Part shown: piece by piece, positions 1 to 8,572 of the stretch
Position numbering within the stretch: the first letter of the stretch is position 1
Layout: each line of letters starts with the position of its first letter
Source: an uncultured Pelagibacteraceae bacterium
GTDB taxonomy: Bacteria; Pseudomonadota; Alphaproteobacteria; Pelagibacterales; Pelagibacteraceae
DNA: 64,000 nt
Direction of reading: 5' to 3'
Assembly: GCA_902628305.1 (NCBI GenBank)
Contig: CACOMK010000001.1
Coordinates: 44,980-108,979, forward strand
Position numbers and translations under genes: made by a program
Notes under the pieces: generated by a model
The model's input: the letters and a program-made list of their open reading frames with translations, nothing else
The model's database searches: none
What the model was told of the DNA's origin: nothing

Positions 1-270
1 TAAAATAGTTGCAATAATATTTTTTGAAAAATAACCAACAATAATCGCAACTATTGCTCCATAAATCTTTGGATCATTTATATCTATAAAAGTTCCAAAA
101 TCATTGATAAATATTCCAGGAAATATAATTGCAGGGAACACAGCGGAAGGAACATATTCAAGTACTGCTTTAATATTATCTCCTAACATATCTCTACTAA
201 TTAAAGCAATCATGGTCATTCTTGTTAAGTAAGTTAATATTCCAGCAAATATTATCGATGTTAATGTCAT
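1..270 (-). CDS. azlD: AzlD-family branched-chain amino acid transport protein (runs off the window edge)
   Basis: ATG at 270 overlaps the azlC stop (TAATG); reads MTLTSIIFAGILTYLTRMTMIAL...LEYVPSAVFPAIIFP; hydrophobic and follows azlC. Confidence 0.8.
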   Translation of the reverse strand, partial: MTLTSIIFAGILTYLTRMTMIALISRDMLGDNIKAVLEYVPSAVFPAIIFPGIFINDFGTFIDINDPKIYGAIVAIIVGYFSKNIIATIL

Positions 271-953
271 TATTTTAACCTCATTAATAGTGCGGCTACA
301 AATAAAGCAACTATTGGTGAAATAATTATATAAGACTTAAATGGAGCATCAAAAAATAATAAAGAACTAAAACCACAGGTAATCATAACAATTACATGAT
401 CTAACTTTTTTAAATCCTGAACAACAATTGCAATAAATGTTAGTGGTATAGCAAATTTTAACCCAAGTTCTTCAGGAACAAATGATCCTAAAATAATACC
501 TGATAAAGTTGCAATCTGCCAACATACCCACAATGTACAACCTGAACCAATTAAGTGATAATGTAAATATTCTTCATTTCTGTTTTCTTTAAAAAATTTA
601 TTTGATTCAGCAAAACCTTGATCAACAACAATATAAGAAATTAATAGTTTTTTTATAAAAGATAATTTTTCTAAATATTCAGATAAAACTGCTCCATATA
701 ATAAATGTCGAGAATTTATTATTCCAACAGACGCAACAGCGACTAAACTTGAAGCACCGCCTGATAACAATTGTAAAAAAACTATTTGCGAGGCTCCACC
801 AAAAATGATGAAAGACATTGCGTAAACTAAATATGGATTAAATCCTAGCTCAACTCCAATTGCTCCACAAATAATTCCAAAAGGAATTACTGAAAGCATA
901 TGTGGAGAAATATCGAACATACCTCTGGTTAGTAATTGTTTTTTGGAAAGCAT
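270..953 (-). CDS. azlC: AzlC-family permease
   Basis: MSFIIFGGASQ and INSRHLLYG motifs; multiple TM segments. Confidence 0.9.
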   Translation of the reverse strand: MLSKKQLLTRGMFDISPHMLSVIPFGIICGAIGVELGFNPYLVYAMSFIIFGGASQIVFLQLLSGGASSLVAVASVGIINSRHLLYGAVLSEYLEKLSFIKKLLISYIVVDQGFAESNKFFKENRNEEYLHYHLIGSGCTLWVCWQIATLSGIILGSFVPEELGLKFAIPLTFIAIVVQDLKKLDHVIVMITCGFSSLLFFDAPFKSYIIISPIVALFVAALLMRLK

Positions 954-965
954 TTTTTTCTTTTA

Positions 966-2030
966 CTAAAAGCACACTATATGCTCAAGTCGAATAGGTC
1001 TTTTTATTCCGAACTTGTCGTTAATTTCATGTATTTCGTGGTGGTGTGTATTAACAAGAACTGGGATAAATTTTTTACTCAACGTTTTTAGTGTATAAAT
1101 AAAATTCGTGCCTCTAAATTTTCTATCTACAACCTCTAACTTCAAATTACTATTGTCATCATGCTCTAAATCTTCTGGTTGTAGCAACAATTGAACCTTT
1201 GAACCTTTAGCATAATGTTTAATAAATTTTCCTTCTATTAATCCTAAATCATCGTTTTCGAGTGAATTTTCACCAGTTACTTTTGCTGGTATCAAAATTC
1301 CTCTATTTAAGAAATTAACAACCTCAATTGAATTTGGAAAATGATATACATTATAAGGATCATCAAATTGCTTTAATTGACCATCTAAAATAATTGCACA
1401 CTTATTACCTAAATAAAAAGCTTCATAAGAATCGTGCGTTACTATTATGGTCGTTATTTTTAATTTACTTAATATTTTTTTTAATCTTTCTTGAATTTCC
1501 TCTTTAAAACTTTGATCAACATTTGATAATGGTTCGTCTAACAATAAAAGATCAGGTTGTGTTAACAATGATCTTGCTAGAGAGGCTCTTTGAGCTTCAC
1601 CTGCACTTATTTCATGAGGGTACTTTTTAAGTATCTTTGAAATATCAAGTAAATTTATAATTTCTTTAAAACTAAGTTTTTTTTTTCTTTTTAATTTTTT
1701 ATTTCTTTCAGAGCCTAATAATATATTTTTCTCAACAGTGAAATGTGGAAATAAACTATTATCTTGAAATGCTAGAGATATATTTCGATACTCGGGTTCA
1801 ATATGTTTATTTTTAGTAGATAATAATTCACCATTTAAAATAATCGAACCTTTGTTAACTTTTTCTAAACCAGCTATTGTTCTTAATATTGTTGTTTTTC
1901 CAATTCCTGAGGGGCCCAATATACACAAAGTTTCTCCCTCATTTTCAATATAAAATGTAGCATTTTTAACCTTTGTTTTTCCACCAATTTGAAAATTAAC
2001 ACTATTAATTTCTAAAAATTTTTTTTTCAT
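966..2030 (-). CDS. fbpC: Fe(III) ABC transporter ATP-binding subunit
   Basis: Walker A GPSGIGKT, signature ISAGEAQR, Walker B LLLLDEP; operon context. Confidence 0.85.
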   Translation of the reverse strand: MKKKFLEINSVNFQIGGKTKVKNATFYIENEGETLCILGPSGIGKTTILRTIAGLEKVNKGSIILNGELLSTKNKHIEPEYRNISLAFQDNSLFPHFTVEKNILLGSERNKKLKRKKKLSFKEIINLLDISKILKKYPHEISAGEAQRASLARSLLTQPDLLLLDEPLSNVDQSFKEEIQERLKKILSKLKITTIIVTHDSYEAFYLGNKCAIILDGQLKQFDDPYNVYHFPNSIEVVNFLNRGILIPAKVTGENSLENDDLGLIEGKFIKHYAKGSKVQLLLQPEDLEHDDNSNLKLEVVDRKFRGTNFIYTLKTLSKKFIPVLVNTHHHEIHEINDKFGIKRPIRLEHIVCF

Positions 2031-3646
2031 TTTTCTCTTAAAATATATTTAGATGTAAACATAATAAAAATTGCTGCAATTAAAATCAAAAAAAGTGAGG
2101 GAACAGCAGCAGCTTCTAACAGATCCTCAGAAGCAGATATATAGGCTGTTGTCGCAAATGTCTCAAAATTGAAAGGTCTTAAAATAAGAGTTATAGGCAA
2201 TTCTCTTACAATTTCTATAGAAATTAGTATCGCTACAAACAACAATGAATTTCTTAAAAGGGGCATATGAATATTTAAAAAAGTTTTTTTCTTAGAATAA
2301 CCAAGAAGATAAGAACTTTCGTCAACAGAAATATTAATCTTTTCATAGCCGGACTTTATTCCATTAAAAGCTAAAGAGTAAAATCTTACAAAGTAAACCA
2401 AAACTAAGCCAAGAACTGAACCAATAAAAATTTTTTTGATAGATAAAAAACCAAGTGTTTTAACTATATTATTATCAAACCAAGCAACAAAAGTGATAAA
2501 TGCAACTGCTAAAATTACCCCTGGGATAGCATAGCCTGAAATTGATATTGTCGACAAAAAATTTAAAAATTTATTTTTAGAAACTCTATTTCCATAATTT
2601 GAAATTAGAGAAAATATAATTAGGACTAAACTAGATAAAATAACCAAATAAACAGTATTCAAACTAAGTGAGATTATATCAATATCATAAAGATTTTCAG
2701 GAAATTTTATTGTCCAATATAACATCTGGCTCAAAGGGAATAAAAAACTTAAAAAGAAAATAATTAAACAAAAACTAAATGCATAAAATGATTGCTTTCC
2801 TGTTAAAATAATTTTTTCTTTTTGTTTAAATCCACCTTTCGAATTAAAATGATATCTAGCTTTTTTTCTTGAAAAATTTTCTATTATAAAACAAGTAAAT
2901 ATAAATATTAGTAAAAAAAATGATAATCGATTTGAAAAAGCTAAATCATCAAATGTTATCCAAGAATTATAAATACCAGTTGTTAAAGTATTTATTGAGA
3001 AAAAATCAACTGCTCCAAATTCAGCTAGTGTTTCCATTGCAACAAGAGATAAGCCTGCAACAATAGCTGGTCTAGCAGCTGGTATTATTAAAGAGTATAA
3101 TGACTTAAATTTTGAAAAACCTAAACTTCTTCCTAAATCAATTAAATTTTGAGATTGATATAAAAAAGAGGCACGAGAAAGTATGTAAACGTAAGCATAT
3201 AAAGAAAATGAAAGTGATAATACTGCACCCAAACGACCGTCAAACTTTGGGATATATTTGTTATATTCCCCATCTCCAAACAAATTAGATAAAATTGTAA
3301 ATGCTGTACCATAATTTTCAAAGAAAGCTGTTAAAGAATATGCATAGATATATGGAGGAACTGCAAACGAGAGTATAAGTGCCCATTTGAAGAAATCACT
3401 AAATGGAAATTTATAAAATGATACTAAATATGCACAAGAGGTTCCTATTAGAAAAGTAAGAAGCAAAACACATACTAATAATGTGAATGAATTAAAAATA
3501 TACTCTAATAAAAAAGTATCTTTTAATAATTGGTAATAGTTAGAAGTTTCTTCAAAAAAACTAAAAAAAACTGTTATTATTGGAATTAATACACCAATAG
3601 AAATTAATAAAGATGATATAACCCAAATATTAAAGTTTTTTAACAT
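2027..3646 (-). CDS. fbpB: Fe(III) ABC transporter permease (two fused domains)
   Basis: Two EAA-like loops; METLAEFGAV and RELPITLILRPFNFETFAT motifs typical of FbpB/FutB. Confidence 0.9.
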   Translation of the reverse strand: MLKNFNIWVISSLLISIGVLIPIITVFFSFFEETSNYYQLLKDTFLLEYIFNSFTLLVCVLLLTFLIGTSCAYLVSFYKFPFSDFFKWALILSFAVPPYIYAYSLTAFFENYGTAFTILSNLFGDGEYNKYIPKFDGRLGAVLSLSFSLYAYVYILSRASFLYQSQNLIDLGRSLGFSKFKSLYSLIIPAARPAIVAGLSLVAMETLAEFGAVDFFSINTLTTGIYNSWITFDDLAFSNRLSFFLLIFIFTCFIIENFSRKKARYHFNSKGGFKQKEKIILTGKQSFYAFSFCLIIFFLSFLFPLSQMLYWTIKFPENLYDIDIISLSLNTVYLVILSSLVLIIFSLISNYGNRVSKNKFLNFLSTISISGYAIPGVILAVAFITFVAWFDNNIVKTLGFLSIKKIFIGSVLGLVLVYFVRFYSLAFNGIKSGYEKINISVDESSYLLGYSKKKTFLNIHMPLLRNSLLFVAILISIEIVRELPITLILRPFNFETFATTAYISASEDLLEAAAVPSLFLILIAAIFIMFTSKYILREK

Positions 3647-3715
3647 TCTAGGCTTATTATATATAAAATAAATAAATTATCTAAAATTAAAGTGATATTA
3701 AGCAGATAAGAAAAC

Positions 3716-3782
3716 TTAAATGCCCACGACAATTTCTAGGAAAGGGTAAAAATCCTAGAGGAGAGTGACGTGGGCACGTCTA
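3716..3782 (-). ncRNA. Structured intergenic RNA element between the iron-binding-protein gene and the permease
   Basis: Outer stem TGCCCACG(3721-28)/CGTGGGCA(3769-76); inner stem TCTAGGA(3735-41)/TCCTAGA(3753-59); G-U extension favours the minus (sense) strand. Confidence 0.6.
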
Positions 3783-3797
3783 AAAAGAAATATATCA

Positions 3798-3986
3798 TTA
3801 TTTAAAAGGAGTGAGGATGTCTAGAGCCTCGTCTTTTACAATCTCTGATAATTTTCTATTATTTATTTTACTCTGCATTTTTTCAACCTCTAACGAGCAA
3901 GGCCCACATGTTATCTGACCCTCAAGTGAGCCACTCGTATCAGAAGAATTATTTAAACCAGAGTTAAATAAATTCTTTTTTACCAT
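3798..3986 (-). CDS. 62-aa hypothetical protein with CxxC (TCGPCS)
   Basis: ATG 3 nt after the binding-protein stop, same strand, ends TAA TGA; no family recognised. Confidence 0.5.
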   Translation of the reverse strand: MVKKNLFNSGLNNSSDTSGSLEGQITCGPCSLEVEKMQSKINNRKLSEIVKDEALDILTPFK

Positions 3987-3989
3987 TTG

Positions 3990-5018
3990 TTACTTCCAAC
4001 CAGCAGCTGTCATTACCTCTAATGCAGCAGCTTGATTTTTTCCATAAGTTGAAACTTTAGTTGCTAAATCTTGTTTAAAATCTAACCCTAAATTATTTAC
4101 TACTAATGGATTTGGAGAAACACCACCTATCATTGGAAACTCAAATGTATTATTTGTAAAATGTTCTTGAGATTCCGCTGATAATAAAAAGTCAACAAGT
4201 GCAATAGCATTTGCTTTGTTAGGCGCACCTTTAACAAGGGCAGCACAACTAATGTTCATGTGTGTACCTCTACCTTGTTGATTAGGGAAAAACGCTTTTA
4301 CTTTTTTTGCAGCTTCTTGTTGTTCAGCACCTTTTTTACCTGAAAGCATAAGTGCTAAATAATAAGTGTTAGCTACAGCAATATCAGCTTCACCAGCTGC
4401 TACTGCCATGATTTGAGCTCTATCGTTTCCTTTTGGTGCTCTTGCCATATTAGATACAACACCTTTTGCCCATTCAGCTGTAGCTTTTTTTCCATTATTT
4501 GCAATTAATGAAGCTACAAGTGACTTATTATAAATGTTGCTAGATTTTCTAATAACCAATCTACCTTTCCATTTTGGATCGGCTAAACCTTCATAAGTTA
4601 AACCAGACAACTCAGCACCACTAACTCTTTCAGGAGAGTAATAAATAATTCTTGCTCTTTTTGCTACTCCAACCCATTTGTTAGTTCTAAAGTTTTTTGG
4701 AACAGATGCTTTGATTGTTTCAGATGATAATCCACCTTGAAGCAAACCTTTAGCATCCATTGCGCCACATCTTCCAGCATCCGCGGTGATATAAAGATCA
4801 GCTGAAGAATCTGCTCCTTCTTCCGCTATTCTTTTTTCTAAAGCTCCTGATTTACCATTAATTAAATTTACTTTAATTCCTGTAGCTGCTGTAAATTTTC
4901 CATACATTTCAGCATCAGCTTTATAGTGTCTTGCATTGAATACATTAACCTCGTTTGCAACTGCAAAAGCTGAAGCAAATAAAGAAATTATCAATGCTAA
5001 AATTGATATTTTTTTCAT
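3990..5018 (-). CDS. fbpA: Fe(III)-binding periplasmic protein (FutA/FbpA/Sfu type)
   Basis: Signal peptide from MKKISIL (ATG 5018, AAGGA upstream); ARHY and ANTYY twin-Tyr iron-ligand motifs. Confidence 0.92.
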   Translation of the reverse strand: MKKISILALIISLFASAFAVANEVNVFNARHYKADAEMYGKFTAATGIKVNLINGKSGALEKRIAEEGADSSADLYITADAGRCGAMDAKGLLQGGLSSETIKASVPKNFRTNKWVGVAKRARIIYYSPERVSGAELSGLTYEGLADPKWKGRLVIRKSSNIYNKSLVASLIANNGKKATAEWAKGVVSNMARAPKGNDRAQIMAVAAGEADIAVANTYYLALMLSGKKGAEQQEAAKKVKAFFPNQQGRGTHMNISCAALVKGAPNKANAIALVDFLLSAESQEHFTNNTFEFPMIGGVSPNPLVVNNLGLDFKQDLATKVSTYGKNQAAALEVMTAAGWK

Positions 5019-5043
5019 ATTTATCCTTAAAATTAACGTTATT

Positions 5044-5088
5044 TTGAGAATGAGAATTATTCGCAATGAGAATGATTATCAATCGCAA
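5044..5088. promoter_or_regulatory. Tandem Fur-like boxes overlapping the promoter of the iron-binding-protein gene
   Basis: TGAGAATTATTCGCA (5051-65) and TGAGAATGATTATCA (5067-81) fit the 7-1-7 Fur consensus; minus-strand TTGATA-N17-TAATTC lies within them. Confidence 0.8.
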
Positions 5089-5139
5089 TAATGTCGCATA
5101 TTTAATTTATGCTAATATTTACAGCAGTTTAAATGGTCT

Positions 5140-6027
5140 CTATTTCCAGTCGCCAATTTTGCTAAAAAGGAAATTTCTAAAAGCTTGAACTCTTGCTGTG
5201 TTCTTTAATGATTGAGGATAGACAAAATGTGCCTCTGTTATTGGCCCTTCTACTTTAGGTAGTACTTTAATTACATTGTTTGAATTTGAAACTAAATATT
5301 CTGGAAGTGCCGCTAATCCTACTCCAGACTCAACCGCTAACAACAGTCCCATAACACTATTTACCTTCATGATTGTTTTTCTTTTTTTTCCATCATGCAT
5401 GCCAATTTTCAGTGCCCAATCAGGATTATAAACTGGTGATGGAGCACCTTTTCCAAAAGAAATAAATTTATGTTTGTTTAAGTCACCTATTGTTTTAGGC
5501 ATTCCATTTTTCTCTAAATATTTATTTGATCCATAAATAAAATATTTAATATCAACTAATTTTTTTTGAATATAATTTAATTGCTTAGGTCTTCTCATGA
5601 AAATTCCAATATCAGCTTGTCTTGTACTTAAATCTAACTCTTTATCATCAAAAACCAACTCTATCTCTATCTCTGGGTTTAATCTCATAAATTCTTGAAT
5701 TCTTGGAGTTAACCAGTGTGTTCCAAAGCTTCTTACTGTGGTTATAGTTAATTTTCCTGTTGGCTTATTTTTTTGATCCCCTAAAGATGTTTCTACTTCT
5801 TTTAATTTACTAATAACTTCATGAGCTGTTTTAAAAACATATTCACCATTTTCTGTTAGAGTTAGACCTCTTGCGTGTCTTTCAAATAGTTGTACTTTTA
5901 AATCTTGTTCTAATGATTGGATCTGTCTACTTATTGCTGATTGACTGAGATTTAAATTTACAGTAGCATTTGTAAAGCTTCCAGCTTCTGCTACGGTATG
6001 AAAAATTTTTAACTTATCCCAGTCCAT
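5140..6027 (-). CDS. LysR-family transcriptional regulator
   Basis: N-terminal HTH GSFTNA...LSQSAISRQIQSLE...LFER. Confidence 0.95.
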   Translation of the reverse strand: MDWDKLKIFHTVAEAGSFTNATVNLNLSQSAISRQIQSLEQDLKVQLFERHARGLTLTENGEYVFKTAHEVISKLKEVETSLGDQKNKPTGKLTITTVRSFGTHWLTPRIQEFMRLNPEIEIELVFDDKELDLSTRQADIGIFMRRPKQLNYIQKKLVDIKYFIYGSNKYLEKNGMPKTIGDLNKHKFISFGKGAPSPVYNPDWALKIGMHDGKKRKTIMKVNSVMGLLLAVESGVGLAALPEYLVSNSNNVIKVLPKVEGPITEAHFVYPQSLKNTARVQAFRNFLFSKIGDWK

Positions 6028-7031
6028 TATTTTTTTAAATTTATTATATATCTTCCAGATGTCTCTCCTTTTAGCATTTTCAAATAAACATCACTTACTT
6101 CTTCCAAACTTATTTCTTTGATTGATTTATTTAGTAGCTCAAAATCAACTAACTTTGACACCTCGCTCCACAAAAATTTCCTCCTTACATTAGATGCTGT
6201 AACAGAATTAATCCCCCAAAGTTTAACTCCTCTAATAATAAAAGGCATAACAGTAGTATTTAATTTTACATCAGCGGCGTTTCCACAAGATGCAACTATG
6301 CCTGCATCTTTTGTTTGAGAAAGTATATTTTCTAAAACTTTACCTCCAACAGTATCAACAGCACCATCCCAAAGCCCTTTGTCTAAAGGTCGAGAATCTT
6401 TGGTTAATTCACTAGTATTTATAACGTTTTTTGCACCAAGCGATTTCAAATATTCAATATTATTATTTTTTCCAGTCACTGCAGTAACATTGCATCCTAA
6501 TTTACTTAAAACCATAACTGCGATGCTTCCAACACCGCCAGAAGCTCCACTCACTATTACATCATTAACTTTTTCTCCTAATAGTAATTCTTCTCTTGTC
6601 AATTTAGTTACAAACGCACTTTGTAATGCTGTAAAACCGGCTGTTCCCATTATCATTGTTTGTTTTAATGTTAACTCTTTTGGTTTTTTTACTAAAAATT
6701 TACTATCTACTTTTGCATATTGAGAATAACCACCATAATAAATTTCACCAACCCGCCATCCTGTTAAAATAACTTCATCACCTGGTTTGAACTGATCGCT
6801 TTGACTGTCCTCAACTGTGCCTGAAAAATCTATACCTGGTATGTGTGGGAATTCCTTTACAAGTCTTGCACCATTTTTTAAAATCAAAGCATCTTTATAA
6901 TTAAGACCAGAGTACTCAACTTTTACTGTTACATTTCCATGCTTTAAGAAACTTTTATCAATAGATTTGATATCACGAGTAAAACTTTCACCTTCGTGAT
7001 TAAGAATTAATGCTTTAAATTGGTCAGACAC
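6027..7031 (-). CDS. acuI: Acryloyl-CoA reductase AcuI/YhdH (MDR family)
   Basis: LNYKDAL, PGIDFSG, GTAGFTA, GASGGVGS, TVMPFIIRGV motifs; GTG start. Confidence 0.85.
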   Translation of the reverse strand: MSDQFKALILNHEGESFTRDIKSIDKSFLKHGNVTVKVEYSGLNYKDALILKNGARLVKEFPHIPGIDFSGTVEDSQSDQFKPGDEVILTGWRVGEIYYGGYSQYAKVDSKFLVKKPKELTLKQTMIMGTAGFTALQSAFVTKLTREELLLGEKVNDVIVSGASGGVGSIAVMVLSKLGCNVTAVTGKNNNIEYLKSLGAKNVINTSELTKDSRPLDKGLWDGAVDTVGGKVLENILSQTKDAGIVASCGNAADVKLNTTVMPFIIRGVKLWGINSVTASNVRRKFLWSEVSKLVDFELLNKSIKEISLEEVSDVYLKMLKGETSGRYIINLKK

Positions 7032-7032
7032 A

Positions 7033-7653
7033 CTAGTCTTTTAACGTAGTGCTGATAAATCGTAAATATCTATTTTGATAACTTAAATCTTCTTTAAACT
7101 GACCTAAGTAAAAATTAGTAACTGTTGTTGCTTGTTCTTTTTTAATCCCTCTCATTGTCATACACTGGTGAGTTGAATCTATTGTAACTGCTACACCTTT
7201 TGCATCTAAAGCTTCCATTAAACTATTTGCTATCTGAACAGTTAATCTTTCTTGTGTTTGTAACCTTTTTGAAAATATTTCAACTACTCTTGCAATTTTA
7301 CTTAATCCAACAACTCTTTCGTTTGGAATATAGGCAACGTGGGCTTTTCCTATAATTGGAGCCATATGATGTTCGCAGTGGCTTTGCACTGATATATTTT
7401 TTTGAACAACCATGTCACTGTAACCTTCAACATCGCCAAAAGTTTTATCTAATACTTTTTTTGCATCTTCACTGTAACCTTGAAAATATTCCTTGAATGC
7501 TTTTACAACTCTTTTAGGTGTTTCTAACAACCCCTCTCTTTTAGGATCTTCTCCCATCCAAGATAATATTGTTCTGATAGCTTCTTCAGCTTCTTTGTCA
7601 GAAACCTTTTTAGCATCTAGATTTTTATCTTCTGTGTCTTTTACTAATTTCAT
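7033..7653 (-). CDS. folE: GTP cyclohydrolase I
   Basis: REGLLETPKRV, SHCEHH, GLSKIAR, RLQTQERLT, HQCMTMRG. Confidence 0.97.
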   Translation of the reverse strand: MKLVKDTEDKNLDAKKVSDKEAEEAIRTILSWMGEDPKREGLLETPKRVVKAFKEYFQGYSEDAKKVLDKTFGDVEGYSDMVVQKNISVQSHCEHHMAPIIGKAHVAYIPNERVVGLSKIARVVEIFSKRLQTQERLTVQIANSLMEALDAKGVAVTIDSTHQCMTMRGIKKEQATTVTNFYLGQFKEDLSYQNRYLRFISTTLKD

Positions 7654-7729
7654 TGCGCTTTTTATACAGTAAATACCTTAATTTAAAAATATTTAATATA
7701 TTTAGATATGTGCTACATAATCACCCCGT

Positions 7730-8197
7730 ATGTTCAAAAAAAGAGAAAATATCTATGATATTGAGGAGGGAAATCTTCTTTCGCCTAAATTTGATAATGA
7801 TGGGCTGATTCCTGTAATTACCATGTGTTCAAAAACTAAAGATGTTTTAATGCACGGATATATGAATGTTGAAGCTCTCAAAAAGACAATTGAAACCAAA
7901 GAAGCACACTATTTTAGTAGATCTAGAAAAGCAATTTGGCATAAAGGTAAAACAAGTGGATTTACCCAAAAAGTAACTGAGATAAAAATTGATGATGATC
8001 AAGACTCCATATGTTTAACAGTTGATATTGGTGATGGAGCTAGCTGTCATGTCGGTTATAGATCATGTTTTTATAGATCTATTCCTTTAGGTAAGATAGA
8101 AAACGGAAGAAAAATTGAGATGGAATTTCTGGAGGATGAAAAAAAATTTGATCCTGAAGAAGTTTATAAAGGTCAACCAAACCCAACTAAAATTTAA
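7730..8197 (+). CDS. hisI: Phosphoribosyl-AMP cyclohydrolase
   Basis: SRSRKAIWHKGKTSG, DDDQD, CHVGYRSCF. Confidence 0.95.
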   Translation: MFKKRENIYDIEEGNLLSPKFDNDGLIPVITMCSKTKDVLMHGYMNVEALKKTIETKEAHYFSRSRKAIWHKGKTSGFTQKVTEIKIDDDQDSICLTVDIGDGASCHVGYRSCFYRSIPLGKIENGRKIEMEFLEDEKKFDPEEVYKGQPNPTKI

Positions 8198-8572
8198 ATG
8201 AGCGAAAAGCAAAAAAATGTTCTAGGTGAAGACCTTGAAGAATGTTCAAATGAACCTTTAACAGGCTGGTTTCGTGATGGTTGTTGTAATACAGATGAAA
8301 ATGACCATGGTGTTCATACTGTTTGTGCAAAAGTAACTACAGAATTTTTGGAATGGCTAAAAGAAGCAGGAAATGATTTAATTACCCCTCATCCAGAATT
8401 TGGATTTCCAGGTTTAAAAGATGGTGATGGTTGGTGTGTTTGTGCTAGTTGGTATGCTAAAGCTGTAGAAGCAGGCAAAGGTTGTCCAATATTTTTAAAA
8501 AGAACTCATAAAAATACTTTAAAACATCTTCCTATTGAAACATTGAAGAAGTTTGCAATAGATTTATCTTAA
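8198..8572 (+). CDS. DUF2237-family protein
   Basis: NVLGEDLEECS, TGWFRDGCC, HTVCA, FPGLKDGDGWCVCA. Confidence 0.85.
   Translation: MSEKQKNVLGEDLEECSNEPLTGWFRDGCCNTDENDHGVHTVCAKVTTEFLEWLKEAGNDLITPHPEFGFPGLKDGDGWCVCASWYAKAVEAGKGCPIFLKRTHKNTLKHLPIETLKKFAIDLS

Noticed and set aside
5019-5066. N-terminal extension MRIILILKITLILRIN of the iron-binding protein in the ORF track
   Set aside because: It runs through the Fur-like boxes; the RBS and signal peptide fit ATG 5018
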